DNA of 64,000 nucleotides from Octopus vulgaris (taxonomy: Eukaryota). Under the pieces are notes generated by a model. The model was not told where the DNA came from, searched no databases, and saw only the letters and a list, made by a program, of their open reading frames with translations. The translations under genes were made by a program, and so were the position numbers. Shown one piece after another: positions 41,927-54,204 of the stretch; within the stretch, counting starts at the first letter, position 1, and each line of letters begins with the position of its first letter. The stretch spans positions 2,728,001 through 2,792,000 of the forward strand of contig OX597831.1 in the NCBI GenBank assembly GCA_951406725.2, in the 5' to 3' direction.

Positions 41927-42110
41927 CAGTTTTGGAATCTTCCACGTCAAAGCAAAGATACTGACTGTAGTATTGATCCACATCTCGTCATTAGTGGCAA
42001 CCAAGATTAACTTTTGATAGTCTTCTCTTCTCAATGGTGAAACGCCTTAATGGTAAAATGGTAAGATCTTTTCCAGTGATGGTGTATAAAATTGGAGGAT
42101 TTCTAGCATT
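41741..42110. repeat. Triplicated non-coding module, block C copy 3
   Basis: Aligns with copy 1 and has an expanded (CAA)(CAT)(CAG) tract. Confidence 0.85.
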
Positions 42111-42553
42111 AGCTTTTTGGCATCAGTTAAATAAATATATGGAACTGTTCTTAAAGTATCATGTGAATGTGAACTCCATATGAAGACTGGTTTAGTTCTA
42201 ATAATGATCTCTTGCCATTCTGCCAACCAACTGTCCCTTGCTATTCTGCCAACCAATTGCTACACTAATAACCAATTGTCTTCTACAATATTAGTTTCAA
42301 TTTTTGGCACAAGACCAGCAATTTTGGGGGAGGGTAAGTTTATTACATTGATTCCAGTATTTAACTGGTGTTTATTTTATCAACACCGAAAGGATGAAAG
42401 GCAAAGTCGACCTCAGTAGAATTTGAAATGCTACTAAGCATTCTGTACAGTGTGGTAAAGAATCTGCCAGCTTCCTGCTATCCAATGAAGCTAATAGTGG
42501 TTTCATATTTTGACACAGGGCCAGCAATTTTGGGGGAAGGGATAAGCCATTTA

Positions 42554-43083
42554 TTGGGTTGTCAAGAAAGTTCATGCCGATTTATAGTAGCTTACCTTTC
42601 AACTTATTTTAGAACATGGTTGAGTCCATAAAATAGGATTTGACTACACCTCCATTTAGAGCACAGTTTAAGCTATCTTTTCATGGAAGAAGGTTTTATG
42701 TCCCTATAACCTGTGTTAATTATGTAACCCTTTAAAATGGAAGATAAGAAAGTTCATTTTCGGCACTTGATGCTTTGGGAACCAGACAAAAATTGCTGCA
42801 GCTCCATATTCACCAGATATTGGTTCTTTGGATTTCCACTTATTCAGGTCTCTTAATGGTAAAAATTTCAATTTCTTGGATGACGTAAAAAGATACCTTG
42901 ATGAATTCTTTGCCATGAAATGACCTCAATTCTGGGAAGGGAGTATTTTCAAGTTAAAGGAAAGATGGAGACGCATTTTGCAACAAAATGGTTCATATTT
43001 GGTTGATTAAAAATGTAATGGCAAGTGTTTATTGATCTTTTTCTTTCCTTTAAAAATTGGCACAAACTTTCTGGACAATCCAA
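42554..43083 (+). mobile_element. Internally deleted mariner element with TIRs and TA TSD
   Basis: TIRs are TTGGGTTGTCAAGAAAGTTCATGCCGATTT and AAATTGGCACAAACTTTCTGGACAATCCAA. MEDKKVHFRHLMLWE is joined to PYSPDIGSLDFHLFRSL...KLKERWRRILQQNGSYLVD*. Confidence 0.92.
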
Positions 43084-43598
43084 TACATCAACTCAAATGC
43101 TTAGCTGGTACTTATTTTATTGATACTGAATGGATGAAAGGCAAAGTCGACCTCAGCAGCATTTGAACTCAGAATGTAAAGATGAATGAAATGCAATTAA
43201 GCATTTTGCCTGGTGTGCTAATGATTCTGCCAGCTCAGCGCCTTATGTCTTTTGCAATATTAACAACTAATGCAAGGCAGTGAGCTGGGAGAATTGTTAG
43301 CATGCCAGGCAAAATGCTTAGTGGTATTCTGTCTGCCATTATGTTCTGAGTTCAAATTCCACCAAGGTCAACTTTGCCTTTCATCCTTTTGGGGTCGATA
43401 AATAAAGTACCAGTTACACACTAGGATCTATATAATTGACTTAATCCGTTTGTCTGTCCTTGTTTATCCCCTCTGTGTTTGGCCCCTTGTGGGTAGTAAA
43501 GAAATAGGTATTCAGTCTGTCTTTACGTTCTGAGTTCAAGTTCCACTTTGCCTTTCACCCCTTCAGGGTAGATAAATTAAGTAGCTTTCATCCTTCAA

Positions 43599-43851
43599 GG
43601 ATTGATAAAATTCCAGAAGCGGAATGGCAGCATTGTTAAAACAATGAGCAAAATACCTTGTGGTATTTGGTCCTGTTTTTTTGTGTGTTCTGAGTTCTTG
43701 GATGATAGACTCAGACTGTCATTTGGTTTATTATCACTCCACCCTGGTCCCGGGGAGTCTTTGCTGGAGTTTATTCTACTAAAAGATTTTGGACCAGGTC
43801 ATCAGTTGAGGATAACATCTGTCCTTCTTTCCACAATTCTCAGAGACCCTG
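43599..43851. repeat. Right arm of the inverted duplication, embedded in a family B SINE
   Basis: Reverse complement of 40460-40711. Confidence 0.92.
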
Positions 43852-44431
43852 GGTCGAACTATGACAGCCCCCCCCTCCTCAAAAATTTTGGGCCTTGTGC
43901 CTAGAGTAGAAAAAAAATATTAACAACTTATTGTCTTTTGCTAGACTGCCAACCAATGAGATTGTTTGTACGTGGTTATTTGAACTGCTAAAAATAGCAG
44001 CTAATTCTTTCTTTGTATCACACTAACCGGTCAACAACATTTAGATTTGGTAAATTAATACACAAAAGTTACAAGAAAAGGAAAACAAGGAAGGAGATGT
44101 AAATTGACTTTTGCCTTTGATCTTTTGTCTTTGATCTTTTACTTGCATCAGTCATTGGAATGTGGCCATACTGGAGTATCACTTTGATGGGTTTAGCTGA
44201 ACAAATTGACCATAGGACTTATTTTTTAAGCCTGGTACTTAATCTATCAATCTGTGTGTATGTGTGTGGGTGCATGTGTCTGTGTGTGCATGTACATGTG
44301 TGTATGTGTGTGTCTGTGCATGCGTGTGTGTGCATGTGCATGTGTGTGTGTACATGTGTGTGTGTGTATGTACATGTGTGTCTATGAGTGTGTCTGAGTG
44401 TGTGTATGTGTGTGGGTTCATGTGTGTGTGT

Positions 44432-44476
<45 letters not shown>

Positions 44477-45538
44477 CATGCGTGCATATATGTATATGTG
44501 TGGATGTGTGCGCCTGCAACTATATTTGTGTTTTCCTGTGTAAACCAGTGTAGTGAATTATGTCTCTTAATTAAACATGTAACTTAGCAATTCGATAAAT
44601 AGAGATCAATAAAATAATTACCAGATAACTGGAGTTGACAGAATCAGTGACATAATCAGCTAAAACCTTTTGAAACCAATAAAAGACTATGAAAGCAATA
44701 TATTTAAAACTGTCTCGCTATTGAATGAATCTCAGAGAACAACGACCTAGGAACAATTTTTTGTAATGCAGTCAGTCGTTTCTACTTTCACTTTTGCTAG
44801 TAATTTGTTAATGGTTGTCAAACTAATATGTCCATTATATCATTTTTTTTTTGTATAAACTATAAGTATTCTCTGTATGGCTGTCAGTTTGTCACAGTTG
44901 TTCTAGTGGCACAGGTACTCTGCCAGTTACAATGACAAAGGTTCTAGTTGATCTGAAATTAATGTGCTAGTGGCACATTAATTGAGAGAGAGAGAGTTCA
45001 AATTCCACCAAGGTCGACTTTGCCTTTCATCCTTCCGGGGTCGATAAATCTAGTACCAGTTATGCACTGGGGTCGATGTAATTGACTTAATCCCTTTGTC
45101 TGTCCTTGTTTGTCCCCTCTATGTTTAGCCCCTTGTGAGCAATAAAGACATAAGCCTGCTTGTGAAATTAATGTGCTAGTGGTTGAGCACTCCACAGGCA
45201 CATGTACCCTTAATGTAGTCCTCAAGGATATTCAGTGTGACATAGAAAATAACTAGCTGAGGGGACTGGAGCAATGTGAAATAAAGTGTCTTACTCAAGG
45301 ATTCAGCGCACTGCCAGGAATTGAACTCACAACCTTAAGATTACAAAGCTATGCACCTTCACCGTTCTGGTAACAGCAAAGTTAAATAAGGGCTGAACAA
45401 CGTCTGAATAATGCTTACAGTCAGATCAATATTTGCATTGTGAAAGGCGTCAATCTGGCAGAATCGTTAGGATACCAGGCAAAATGCTTAGTGGCATTGT
45501 ATACAGTGTACTACAATTCAGCACTATATACAATAAGT

Positions 45539-45930
45539 AGGGAGTGGCTGTGTGGTAAGTAGCTTGCTTACCAACCACATGGTTCTGGGTTCAGTCCCAC
45601 TGCGTGGCACCTTGGGCAAGTGTCTTCAACTATAGCCTCGGGCTGATCAAAGCCTTGTGAGTGGATTTGGTAGACGGAAACTGAAAGAAGTCCGTGGTAT
45701 ATATATATTTGTGTGTGTTTGTGTGTCTGTGTTTGTCCCCCCCAACATCGCTTGACAACCGATGCTGGTGTGTTTACGCCCCCGTAACTTAGCATTTCGG
45801 CAAAAGAGTCCAATAGAATAAGTACTAGGCTTACAAAAAATAAGTCCAGGGGTCGATTTCATCGACTAAAGGCAGTGCTCCAGCATGGCCACAGTCAAGT
45901 GACTGAAACAAGTAAAAGAGTAAAAGAGTA
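45539..45930 (+). mobile_element. SINE family A, near full length
   Basis: Head, core, internal microsatellite and (GTAAAAGA)n tail are present. Further copies lie at ~30730-31095, 38595-38910, 48025-48250, 49085-49245 and 55660-56085 (all -). Confidence 0.9.
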
Positions 45931-46914
45931 TACCCACTAAAATTGCTGGCCTTGCACCAACATTTGAAATTATTATTGTCGTTTTATCATTATTATCATC
46001 TACTTTATCCAATATGTCCTTCTTTTCTAAGACAGTAGAATGTGATTAGAGGTGAATGCAGATTAACTGTTATTTCTAACAAGTCAAACAACTGTGCAGA
46101 GGCTCTTCTTCGTCAATGCTGCTAAATTCTAAACAGAATATACAAACCTTATTTGGTTCATTACCCAGAAGTTTCATTCTGTAAGTGATTAATCTTCCAG
46201 TCTTAATTTTTATCACCTTTAATTAACTTCACACCTGTCAAAGCCATTTTTCTTCTCATTTAATTTAACCCAACTGCTTTCATGCATGTCAATGAGTACA
46301 TAATTATTCTTCATGTCAATAATGGTATTTTCCCTTAATTCCTCACTACTTTCTTACCTACCCATTGACTCTTAGCTCACCTGTCACTGTCTCTCAACGC
46401 ACCTGTCTTCTGATTTCTGATTCTCAGTTCTACTCATTACTAACATGCTCAACTCACCAGTTACCAACTAAATGACTTTTTTCTTATGTATTCACCTCAA
46501 TACCACATAGCTTTGTCTCACTTGTCAATAATGAATTTTCCTGTTCAACTATTCAACTGTGAATTCTTAGTTTCTCACCTGTCTACTGTTATTTCTCACC
46601 TTCACAAAATAGCATCTCAATACTAGACATCTCTTTCACCTGTTTTGCCAGTAATTGCTCCTCTTCAACAATTCCCTAGCATATTTCATCAATGACTATA
46701 TTTTACCCATCTTTACTTTGATCTTTCCAACATCATTTGTGTTTTCCTCTCTTCACAAAATTTAGGAACCCCACTACACACATTACTTGTATATTTAGTG
46801 GTGGGAGTAGGGAGTACTCGACCCCATTTCTTGTAAGAACTCAATACTGTTACATGTTATCACTTTCCACATAGATTTACTTTTTGCCTTTCTCTCTCTC
46901 TCTCAATTTCTCCA

Positions 46915-47150
46915 TCTTATTTCTTTATTGTCCACAAGGGGTTAAACATAGAGGGGACAAACAAGGACAGACAAAGGGATTAAGTCGATTACATCGACTC
47001 CAGTGCGTAACTGGTACTTAATTTATCGACCCTGGAAGGATGAAAGGCAAAGTCGACCTCAGCAGAATTTGAACTCAGAACGAAACAGCAGACGAAATAC
47101 CACTAAGCATTTCGCCCAGCATGCTAACGTTTCTGCCAGCTCGCTGCCTT
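46915..47150 (-). mobile_element. SINE family B
   Basis: Full reverse-complement copy including the GAGCTGGCAGAAACGTTAGC head. Confidence 0.9.
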
Positions 47151-47491
47151 ACACCATCTTGCATCGTCATCATCGTGATTGTCACCATTGTCATCATCAT
47201 CATCATCGTCGTCGTCATCGTCATCATCATCACTACCTCCTAGAGACCAGTGTAATTCAGTGTGCTGAATGGCATCTCTTTTAGTTAAACCTGTAATGTA
47301 GCAATTTGACAAATAGAGATCAACAAAATAATTACCAGAACACAAAACATGTCTCTAGGAAAACGTTACTCTGATACAAAACCAGAACTGAAGATAATGG
47401 CATTTGACATTCTGGGGTCTTTTGTTTTCACTTGAGATCATGGCACTTCCACATACCTGAACCTATATCACATTTTGGCACTGGATATCTT

Positions 47492-47720
47492 ATTTCCTTA
47501 TTGCCACAAGGGGCTAAACACAGAGGGGACAAACAAGGACAGACAAAGGGATTAAGTCGATTACATCGACCCCAGTGTGTAACTGGTACTTAATTTATTG
47601 AACTCGAAAGGATGAAAGGCAAAGTTGCTCTCGGTGGAATTTGAAATCAGAACGTAAAGACAGACGAAATACCGCTAAGCATTTCGCCCGGCGTGCTAAT
47701 GTTTCTGCCAGCTCGCCACC
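47492..47720 (-). mobile_element. SINE family B with 17-bp TSD
   Basis: TTGGCACTGGATATCTT at 47475-47491 and 47721-47737. Other copies lie at 43275-43560, 44995-45152, 51475-51680 and 56414-56625 (+). Confidence 0.92.
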
Positions 47721-48354
47721 TTGGCACTGGATATCTTGCCTTGGCTTGTCTCTGGATCATGCCAATTGGATGGAGAGGGCCTTTGAGGTGCTGTGCAAGC
47801 CTTATTGAACCAAAAATTCAAGATTGTATGATCACTGGTGAGACAACTTTCCAATTCCCACTTGAGTAGGAGGGTGCCGCAGCAAGCATGGAAGCCACAA
47901 GCACCTGCCTGAGTTAAGCCAGCTTCAGGTGCAATAACCTCATGCATAGGCATTGCTGTCATTTTGCGTGAGCAATGGTCAGTGATGGTCATCTTTGGTC
48001 AGGAGTGAACGGCTATCATATGTATATTCTTTTATTCTTTTACTCGTTTCAGTCATTTGACTGTGCCCATACTGGAGCACCACCTTAAAGGGTTTTAGTC
48101 CGAAGAAATTGACCCCAGAACTTATTCTTTGTAAGCCTAGTACTTATTCTATCAGTCTCTTTTGCTGAACTGCGAAGTTACAGGGGCATAAGCACACCAA
48201 CATCGATTGTCAAGTGGTGGCAGGGGTGGGGAACAAACACAGACACACACACACACATACACACATAAATACACACACACACACACACATATACATGTAT
48301 TGTTGGCGATTTTCTTCCTCCGTCTTCTCTTCCTTGGACCTTTCCTTTTTCTAT

Positions 48355-48392
48355 GTTTCTGACGAAGAGCTCCGCTCGAAATGTTGAATCCT
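48355..48392 (+). ncRNA. Degenerate hammerhead-like motif in a Penelope-like fragment (~48300-48495)
   Basis: GTTT-CTGACGA-A-GAGC TCC GCTC-GAAATGTT-GAAT. The layout resembles 17200-17240 and helix III is decayed. Confidence 0.45.
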
Positions 48393-49039
48393 CTTTCTTT
48401 TCTTTCCTTTCCTGAGTGTCCAATAACACTATACTTGTTCCACATCTTCGTGTTGTGTTTTCTCTTTGTGTTTTCATGTTTGGATTAACTACATACAAAA
48501 CAAATCAAAATAGATGAACATCAATGGAATTTGTATCTTTGTGGCACACAAGAAAACCATCCGAGCGTGACCATAGCCAGTACCGCATCGACTGGCCTCC
48601 GTGCTGTGGGCACGTAACAAACACCATCCGATCGTGGCCGTTCACCAGCCTCATCTGGCACCTGTGTCGGTGGCACATAAAAAACACCATCCGAGCGTGG
48701 CTGTCTGCCAGCCTCGTCTGGCACCTGTGTCGGTGGCACATAAAAAACACCATCCGAGCGTGGCCGTCTGCCAGCCTCGTCTGGCACCTGTGTCGGTGGC
48801 ACAAAAAACACCATCCAAGCATGGCCGTTCGCCAGCCTCGTCTGGCACCTGTGTCGGTGGCACATAAAATCACCCACTACATTCTCGGAGTGGTTGGCGT
48901 TAGGAAGGGTATCCAGCTGTAGAAACACTGCCAGATCTGACTGGATGGTGCAGCCTTCGGGCTCCCCAGACCCCAGTTGAACCGTCCAACCCATTCTAGC
49001 ATGGAAAGCGGACGTTAAATGATGATGATGATGATGATG

Positions 49040-49090
<51 letters not shown>

Positions 49091-49687
49091 GTTTCTCTCA
49101 GTTTCCATCTACCAGATCCACTCACAAGGCTTTAGTCGGCCTGAGGCTATAGTAGTAGAAGACACTTTCCCAAGATGCCATGCAGTGGGACTGAACTCAG
49201 AACCATGTGGTTCTGAGTTCTTACCACACAGTCACACTTGTGCCTATATATATATGTGTGTACTCATTTCTTGGCCTGCTTGCTCAGCCAGTGGGGTAAC
49301 ATCATTTGAAAGCCACAACAATGCTATGAAGCATATTGTAACCAGCATTTAATAACAACATCTCACAGTCTGGTTTATATGTCAATTCAGTGATATTCAT
49401 TTTCACTTGGCGTCTGCCATAATTCTTAGTTATTATTATTTTTTGTCCTTCATCACTAAACGGTAGGTATCACCTTAGATGTCAGATTCTCTTCTTTGTC
49501 TTCCTTTGGTGTATCGAGCTTCATTGTACACATCTTTGGTTAAATTTTTGCTTTATATTTCTACGCTTTTCAGGAACGTATTTTTTTGTTTGTCCAACTC
49601 AGTATAGTATTTTTTTCTGTTTTTTCTTTCACTCAAATTTTATTCATGTTTTTTGATTGACCATAACAACTGCATACACACCACATG

Positions 49688-49718
<31 letters not shown>

Positions 49719-49943
49719 AAAGCAGAAGAGACAGGACTCAATACAGATATCTCTGACAATATACAGAGCAATATATTGCAATATATAAAAATGTTTTCTA
49801 TATTGCAATGAAATCTTTTTCATCTTACTGATGACATTGTTAATTCAATAGGAACTTGCTGAGATCTGATAACCGGTTATTTGTGTATATGTATGTATGT
49901 ATGTATGTATGTACGTATGTATGTATGTATGTATGTATGTATG

Positions 49944-49976
<33 letters not shown>

Positions 49977-50111
49977 GTGTGTGTGTGCATGAGTATGTGT
50001 GTGAATGAGTATGAATGTATGTATATATTTGTACACATACATGTGTGTATGTATGTTTGTGTCTATATATACATATGTGCATATATATATATTTTATATA
50101 TATATATATAC

Positions 50112-50257
<146 letters not shown>

Positions 50258-50689
50258 GTATTTATGTGCATATATATGTGTGTGTGTATACGTAAGTGTG
50301 TGTGTGTATGTTTAATTTAAATGTAATATATACCTTTATATATAGATGTAATTATTGTTTTCTTTGTTTTATCATAGCTAACATCATAGCCTTCATATAC
50401 TCAATAAACGCAGTTTTATACAACCCCACTCTTCCTCTCTCTCTTAATCTGTGTATCTATCTGTTTATTTCATCCTTTCTCTCCTCCTCCTCTTTCTCTC
50501 TAAATGTACTGGATATCAAACTAAATTCACCCCCCACCCCCACTTTCATTACAGACCTTCCACCATTATTGTTCCTTGTCTTGCCCCACTGCTCCTTTGC
50601 ACCTGTTCTACCTTCACTATTACATGTGCAATATTGCAATAAATTTGCCACGTGCAATATTATCTCGGCACATGAAGTACACATTCTCT

Positions 50690-52190
50690 CCAATCACTGC
50701 TGAACATCTACATTCACAGCCCAATATTTCACAACCATGTGGTTTCACATTTCTAACATATCCAATAGATACTTGCTCACTGCTTCATGTTTCATCGTCA
50801 TGCAGTTTTGAATCTCTGACACATTCATCGTACAGCTTCTCCAATGACAGCGGAATCTCTTCATTCACTGCTACATGTTTCACTGTCATGTGGTATCACA
50901 TTTTTGATATATACATCATTGTAGTCCCTTTAATCACTGCTAAACCTCTACATTCATTTATCCATGTTTCATGACAGCGGAATCTCTTCATTCACTGCTA
51001 CATGTTTCACTGTCATGTGGTATCACATTTTTGACATATACATCATTGTAGTCCCTCTAGTCACTGCTAAACCTCTACATTCATTTATCCATGTTTCATG
51101 ACAGCGGAATCTCTTCATTCACTGCTACATGTTTCACTGTCATGTGGTATCACATTTTTGACATATACATCATTGTAGTCCCTCTAATCACTGCTAAACC
51201 TCTACATTCATTGATCCATGTTTCATGGCCATACAGTATCAAATTTGTGACTTTACACATATATCGTACAAACTCTCCTATATTTTCAGAATTTCACTGC
51301 TACATGTTTTACCATCACATAGTATTACATTTTTTATACATACCTCTACATTCACTGCTTTATGCTTCATGACCATACAGTATCAAATTTGTGACTTTTA
51401 AACAGAGTATGATATATAAACACACAATCCCTCCTATAACTCTGGAATCTCTACATTCACTGCTACATGTTTAACACGCCGGGCAAAATGCATAGCCATA
51501 TTTCGTCTGCCGTTACGTTCTGAGTTCAAATTCCACCGAGGTCGACTTTGCCTTTCATCCTTTCGGGGTCGATTAAATAAGTACCAGTTACACACTGGGG
51601 TCGATATAATCGACTTGATCCCTTTGTCTGTCCTTGTTTGTCCTCTCTGTGTTTAGCCCCTTGTGGGTAGTAAAGAAATAGATATTTTTGACACATGCCT
51701 CTACATTTACTGCTCCATGTTTCATGAACATACAGTATCAAATTTTTGACATCATACGGTCTCTCTAATCACCGTAGGATTTTTTTCATTCACTGCTACA
51801 TGTTTCACTGTCATGTAGCATCACCTTTTCAACACATCTTTATACTTCCTCCAATCGCTTCCAACCCTATGCTCACTGCTCCACTTCACATGGTTATAAG
51901 ATCTCTACACATATATCATGCAGTCTCTCCAATCACTGTCAAAAAACCCACTACATTCACAAATACATGTTTTACTATGAAGTAGTATCACATTTCTGAT
52001 GTACATTAAACAGCCTCTCCAATGACCGCAGAATCTCTACACCCATTGCTACATGTTTCACTGTTATGTAATGCAGCGTTTTTGACACAAACATCTTTAT
52101 AGTCCCTCAAATCACTGCCAAACTTCTACATTCATTGCTCCACGTTTCACAGCCATAACGTGACGAATTTGTGACATATACGCATACATC
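50690..52190. repeat. Minisatellite: three near-identical 127-bp units inside a degenerate ~60-70-bp array, interrupted by a SINE
   Basis: ATGACAGCGGAATCTCTTCATTCACTGCTACATGTTTCACTG recurs at ~50844, 50971 and 51098. CATTCACTGCTACATGTTT variants extend on both sides. Confidence 0.9.
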
Positions 52191-52597
52191 ATACATCGTA
52201 AAATAAGCTTCCTAGCTTGCATATCCCTCATCATTCAAAAAGAAACCAGACTGATACGCAATCCTAACCACAAGAAATGCTTTATGAATGGCAAGGAAAT
52301 AACATTGAAATTGTTATTGTGAAATGGAATTTATATCCATTCTTCCAAATACCGAACGTTGTTTGGACATTCCAATATTCAGAAGCAAACACACACACAT
52401 GTGTACATCTGCTCCTCAGTGCAAACACAACTGAGCGCTGATATTGTTGGAGACAATAGCACCATACACACACACACCATGTATGGGTAAAATAAGAACA
52501 TCTATAAGAAGATAATTTAGAAACCTGCTGGTCCTGAAGTTAAACTATAGATTCACACTTACACACATATGTGTATTACCACCGCCATCACCATTGC

Positions 52598-53180
<583 letters not shown>

Positions 53181-53189
53181 TGTCTCTAT

Positions 53190-53760
53190 TGTATCAACAT
53201 CTACACACTGCTATCTCTCAACATTTACACTCTACTATCTCTCAACATCTACACTCTACTATCTCTGTCAATGTCTACACACTGTCAATATCTACACATA
53301 GTCAATATCTACACACTATCTGTCAACATCTACACACTTTCTTTCTCCACATCTACAAACTATCTCTGTCAACATCTACACACTGTCAATATCTACACAC
53401 TATCTCTGTCAACATCTACACACCATCTCTGTCAACATCTACACACTGTCAATATCTACACACTATCTCTGTCATCATCTACACACTGTCAATATCTACA
53501 CACTACCTCTGTCAATTCCTACACACTGTCAATATCTGTGCACTATCTCTGTCAACATCTACACACTATCTTTATCAACATCTGCACATTACTATTTCTG
53601 TCAATACCTACACACTGTCAATATCTATGCACTATCTCTGTCAACATCGACGCACTACTTTATCTGTCAACATCTACACATTGTTTCTAATAACATCTAC
53701 TGTCTAACCTGTCAACATTTACACACGTTGTCTAACTTGTCAACATCTAAATATACTGTA
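53190..53760. repeat. Minisatellite of alternating 17-bp and 23-bp units
   Basis: Units are ATCTACACACTGTCAAT and ATCTACACACTATCTCTGTCAAC. Confidence 0.9.
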
Positions 53761-54172
53761 TCTATTTAGCCCATTCTGTAGCCACCAGCCACTCACTGTC
53801 CAAGTTTAGTTGATATATTCACAACATATGTCTGCAGAATTAAAAAAACTCCATTTACTGAGGCATGCTTTGTTCTCATATTAAAATAAAGATATTTCCG
53901 ATCCCAATAAATTCAGAGCAGTATTAGCTGACATTGCTCTCAGGCTAATATTCAAGTCTTCATCACAGAAAGTCTGTCTATATACTACCGATAACGGTAA
54001 TTCCTTTTCAAATATGGACAAATTAATAATGAAAGAACATCTGAGACAGCTTAGCATCCTTTCTTCCATCCTCCTTGTTTCTGTCTTGGAGACAGAAATA
54101 AAACTGAATGGAAAAATAGTTTGGAATTTTCAACTGTCCGTGTCTGTATGTGTGAGAATGTGAGTGTGTGTT

Positions 54173-54204
<32 letters not shown>

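Noticed and set aside
49823-49866. CTGATGA-CATTG..CAATA-GGAAC possible hammerhead
   Set aside because: GAAA, the helix III palindrome and the NUH site are all missing, so it is too degenerate to call.
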